DNA of 64,000 nucleotides from Candidatus Latescibacterota bacterium (GTDB taxonomy: Bacteria; Latescibacterota; UBA2968; GCA-2709665), in NCBI GenBank assembly GCA_965226795.1, contig CBDDDZ010000003.1:128001-192000 (forward strand), read 5' to 3'. The notes below the pieces were generated by a model. That model made no database searches. It was not told the DNA's origin and was given only the letters and a program-made list of their open reading frames with translations. A program made the translations under genes and the position numbers. Each line of letters opens with the position of its first letter. Position 1 is the first letter of the stretch. Shown piece after piece: positions 61,973 to 64,000 of this stretch.

Positions 61973-62470
61973 ATGTTGCTAAATGTCGATGAAGGTCTGA
62001 TAATCTGGACCATTATTACCTTCATCTTACTCCTGCTTGTTCTCAGGGCGGTTGCCTGGAAACCGCTGCTGGCCATGCTGGACGAGCGCGAAGGGCGTAT
62101 TCGGGATTCTCTGAACCAGGCCGAGAAGGCCCGCCAGGAAGCCCAGAATGCGGCCGAGGAAAACCGGCGCGCAATGGAGCATGCCCAGGCCGAGGCCCGG
62201 CAGGCGATTGCGGCAGGCCGTGAGGCGGCCGAGCGCGCGGCGCAGGAAGTGCGTGAACGCGCGGCGGACGAAGCCCGGCAGATGCTGCAGCAGGCACGGC
62301 GAACGATTCGGCAGGAGAAGGAGCAGGCGATCCAGGAGTTGCGATCGTACGCTGCGGGTCTGGCCATCGAAGCCGCCGGCAAGGTGTTGGACGAAAACCT
62401 GGACAATGCCAGAAACCGGAAGCTGGTTGACGAGTTTATCGACAGCATTCCAGATACAAACCAGAACTGA
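61973..62470 (+). CDS. atpF: ATP synthase subunit b
   Basis: N-terminal TM, AWKPL..LDERE, coiled coil. Confidence 0.95.
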   Translation: MLLNVDEGLIIWTIITFILLLLVLRAVAWKPLLAMLDEREGRIRDSLNQAEKARQEAQNAAEENRRAMEHAQAEARQAIAAGREAAERAAQEVRERAADEARQMLQQARRTIRQEKEQAIQELRSYAAGLAIEAAGKVLDENLDNARNRKLVDEFIDSIPDTNQN

Positions 62471-62485
62471 TTTCCGGAGCGAAGC

Positions 62486-63031
62486 TTGAACGAAACCCCC
62501 GTCGCAATGCGTTATGCCAGGGCGCTCATTCAGGCGGCCGAAGAGCGAGCCGCGCTGGACCGGGTCCGCGACGATCTGGAGGGCCTTCTGAACCTGATCG
62601 GGGAATCGGAAGACCTGCGCGCCTTTCTGAACGACCCGCTTATCTACCCCGAACAGAAGCGGACGGCCGTCCGGAGGCTTTTTACGGGCCGGATCGTGGA
62701 TCTCACGCTGAATTTCCTTCTGCTTTTGTGCGATAAACGGCGCGAGCGTGGGCTCGACGGTATCATTCGAGCGTTTCTGATGCTCCTGGACGAACGGCGG
62801 GGCCTCATCACCGCATACGTGCGTTCGGCTCAGGAACTCTCGCAGGATCAACGCACGCGGCTTGCACAGCGGCTGTCGGCCTATTCCGGGAAGCAGGTCC
62901 GGCTGGACGTCGAAGTCGACGAGGGACTCAGAGCGGGCTTTGTGACCAGGATGGGCGACCACGTGTTCGACGCAACCCTTGAGGCGCAGTTGAACCGGAT
63001 GCGCCAGAGGCTGGTTTCGGGTTTATCATAA
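62486..63031 (+). CDS. atpH: ATP synthase subunit delta
   Basis: VAMRYARAL, NFLLLL, GDHVFDAT. Confidence 0.93.
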   Translation: MNETPVAMRYARALIQAAEERAALDRVRDDLEGLLNLIGESEDLRAFLNDPLIYPEQKRTAVRRLFTGRIVDLTLNFLLLLCDKRRERGLDGIIRAFLMLLDERRGLITAYVRSAQELSQDQRTRLAQRLSAYSGKQVRLDVEVDEGLRAGFVTRMGDHVFDATLEAQLNRMRQRLVSGLS

Positions 63032-63048
63032 CCGAGGTGTAGACACTT

Positions 63049-64000
63049 ATGGCGATGAACTTACAGATTCGTCCCGATGAAGTCTCCGATATTCTCAAGC
63101 AACAGATTCTGGAGGCCGATCGGGATATTGACGTTTACGAAACCGGAACCGTGCTGCAGGTGGGCGATGGCGTGGCGCGCGTTCATGGGCTGGGCAACGC
63201 GCAGGCCAGCGAACTGGTGGCGTTCCCCAATGACATCATGGGCATGGCATTCAACCTGGAAGAGGACAATGTCGGCTGCGTCCTCTTCGGGGACGACACG
63301 GCAATTAAGGAAGGCGACCAGGTCAGGCGGACCGGACGCGTCGTCGAAGTACCCGTGGGAGACGAATTGCTGGGCCGGGTGGTGACGCCTCTCGGCGAGC
63401 CGCTGGATGGAAAGGGACCGATTCGCACCTCGCAGACGTTGCCCGTGGAACGAATCGCGCCGGGGGTGATCCAGCGCCAGCCGGTAAAACAGGCACTACA
63501 GACGGGAATCAAGGTGGTGGATGCCGCAACGCCGATCGGGCGCGGACAGCGGGAGTTGATCATCGGCGACCGGCAGACCGGGAAGACGGCCATCGGACTG
63601 GATGCAATCATCAACCAGAAGGACAGCGGCGTCAAATGTATCTATGTGGGCATCGGCCAGAAGGCGTCGTCGGTGGCCAAGGTGGTTGCCGAACTCGAGG
63701 CAAACGGCGCCCTGGCATATACAATCGTGGTATCGGCCACGGCCAGCGATCCGGCGCCGCTCCAGTTCCTCGCCCCCTATGCCGGATGTTCAATGGGCGA
63801 GTACTTCCGCGACAAGGGCGAACACGCACTGATCGTGTACGACGATCTCTCCAAGCAGGCGTGGGCATACAGGGAAATGGCCCTGGTCCTGCGCCGGCCG
63901 CCGGGGCGGGAAGCCTATCCCGGCGACGTATTCTACCTGCACTCGCGTCTTCTGGAACGTGCATGCAAATTAAGCGACGACGAGGGCGCAGGCTCTCTCA
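63049..64000 (+). CDS. atpA: ATP synthase subunit alpha (3' truncated by window)
   Basis: Own translation: [52 protein letters not shown]. Confidence 0.97.
   Translation, partial: MAMNLQIRPDEVSDILKQQILEADRDIDVYETGTVLQVGDGVARVHGLGNAQASELVAFPNDIMGMAFNLEEDNVGCVLFGDDTAIKEGDQVRRTGRVVEVPVGDELLGRVVTPLGEPLDGKGPIRTSQTLPVERIAPGVIQRQPVKQALQTGIKVVDAATPIGRGQRELIIGDRQTGKTAIGLDAIINQKDSGVKCIYVGIGQKASSVAKVVAELEANGALAYTIVVSATASDPAPLQFLAPYAGCSMGEYFRDKGEHALIVYDDLSKQAWAYREMALVLRRPPGREAYPGDVFYLHSRLLERACKLSDDEGAGSL

Overview
GC-rich (~60%) bacterial DNA. Several features suggest a marine sponge symbiont, possibly Latescibacterota/Gemmatimonadota-like (inference): a eukaryote-like LRR protein with a DFDGDG-GFADF dockerin-like repeat, an Fn3 remnant and Sup-type PKS remnants. 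Three zones. (1) 1-25.5 kb is mixed metabolic/accessory DNA: HOT-like dehydrogenase, SSS symporter, frameshifted heparinase II/III-like gene, three paralogous lipoproteins around an LRR protein, hemB, trpS with an unannotated Trp-Trp leader-peptide attenuator, ADP-ribosylglycohydrolase, frameshifted TonB receptor, PKS KS/ACP pseudogenes, surE and an aldolase. (2) 25.7-36.8 kb is a decaying Type I R-M defence island. hsdM is collapsed to a 34-codon mini-gene, hsdR is fragmented and the RloC-like ATPase is pseudogenised, but a two-gene N6-MTase + PD-(D/E)xK-like nuclease module with its own promoter is intact. (3) 39.1-64 kb is an uninterrupted co-oriented bioenergetic cluster: nuoA-CD-E-F-G-H-J-K-L-M (no nuoB or nuoI), a 10-gene Mrp antiporter cluster, nuoN, then the F-type ATP synthase operon. 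Three MITE families are present, and two copies sit exactly on stop codons in the energy cluster. No tRNA, rRNA or CRISPR array was seen.
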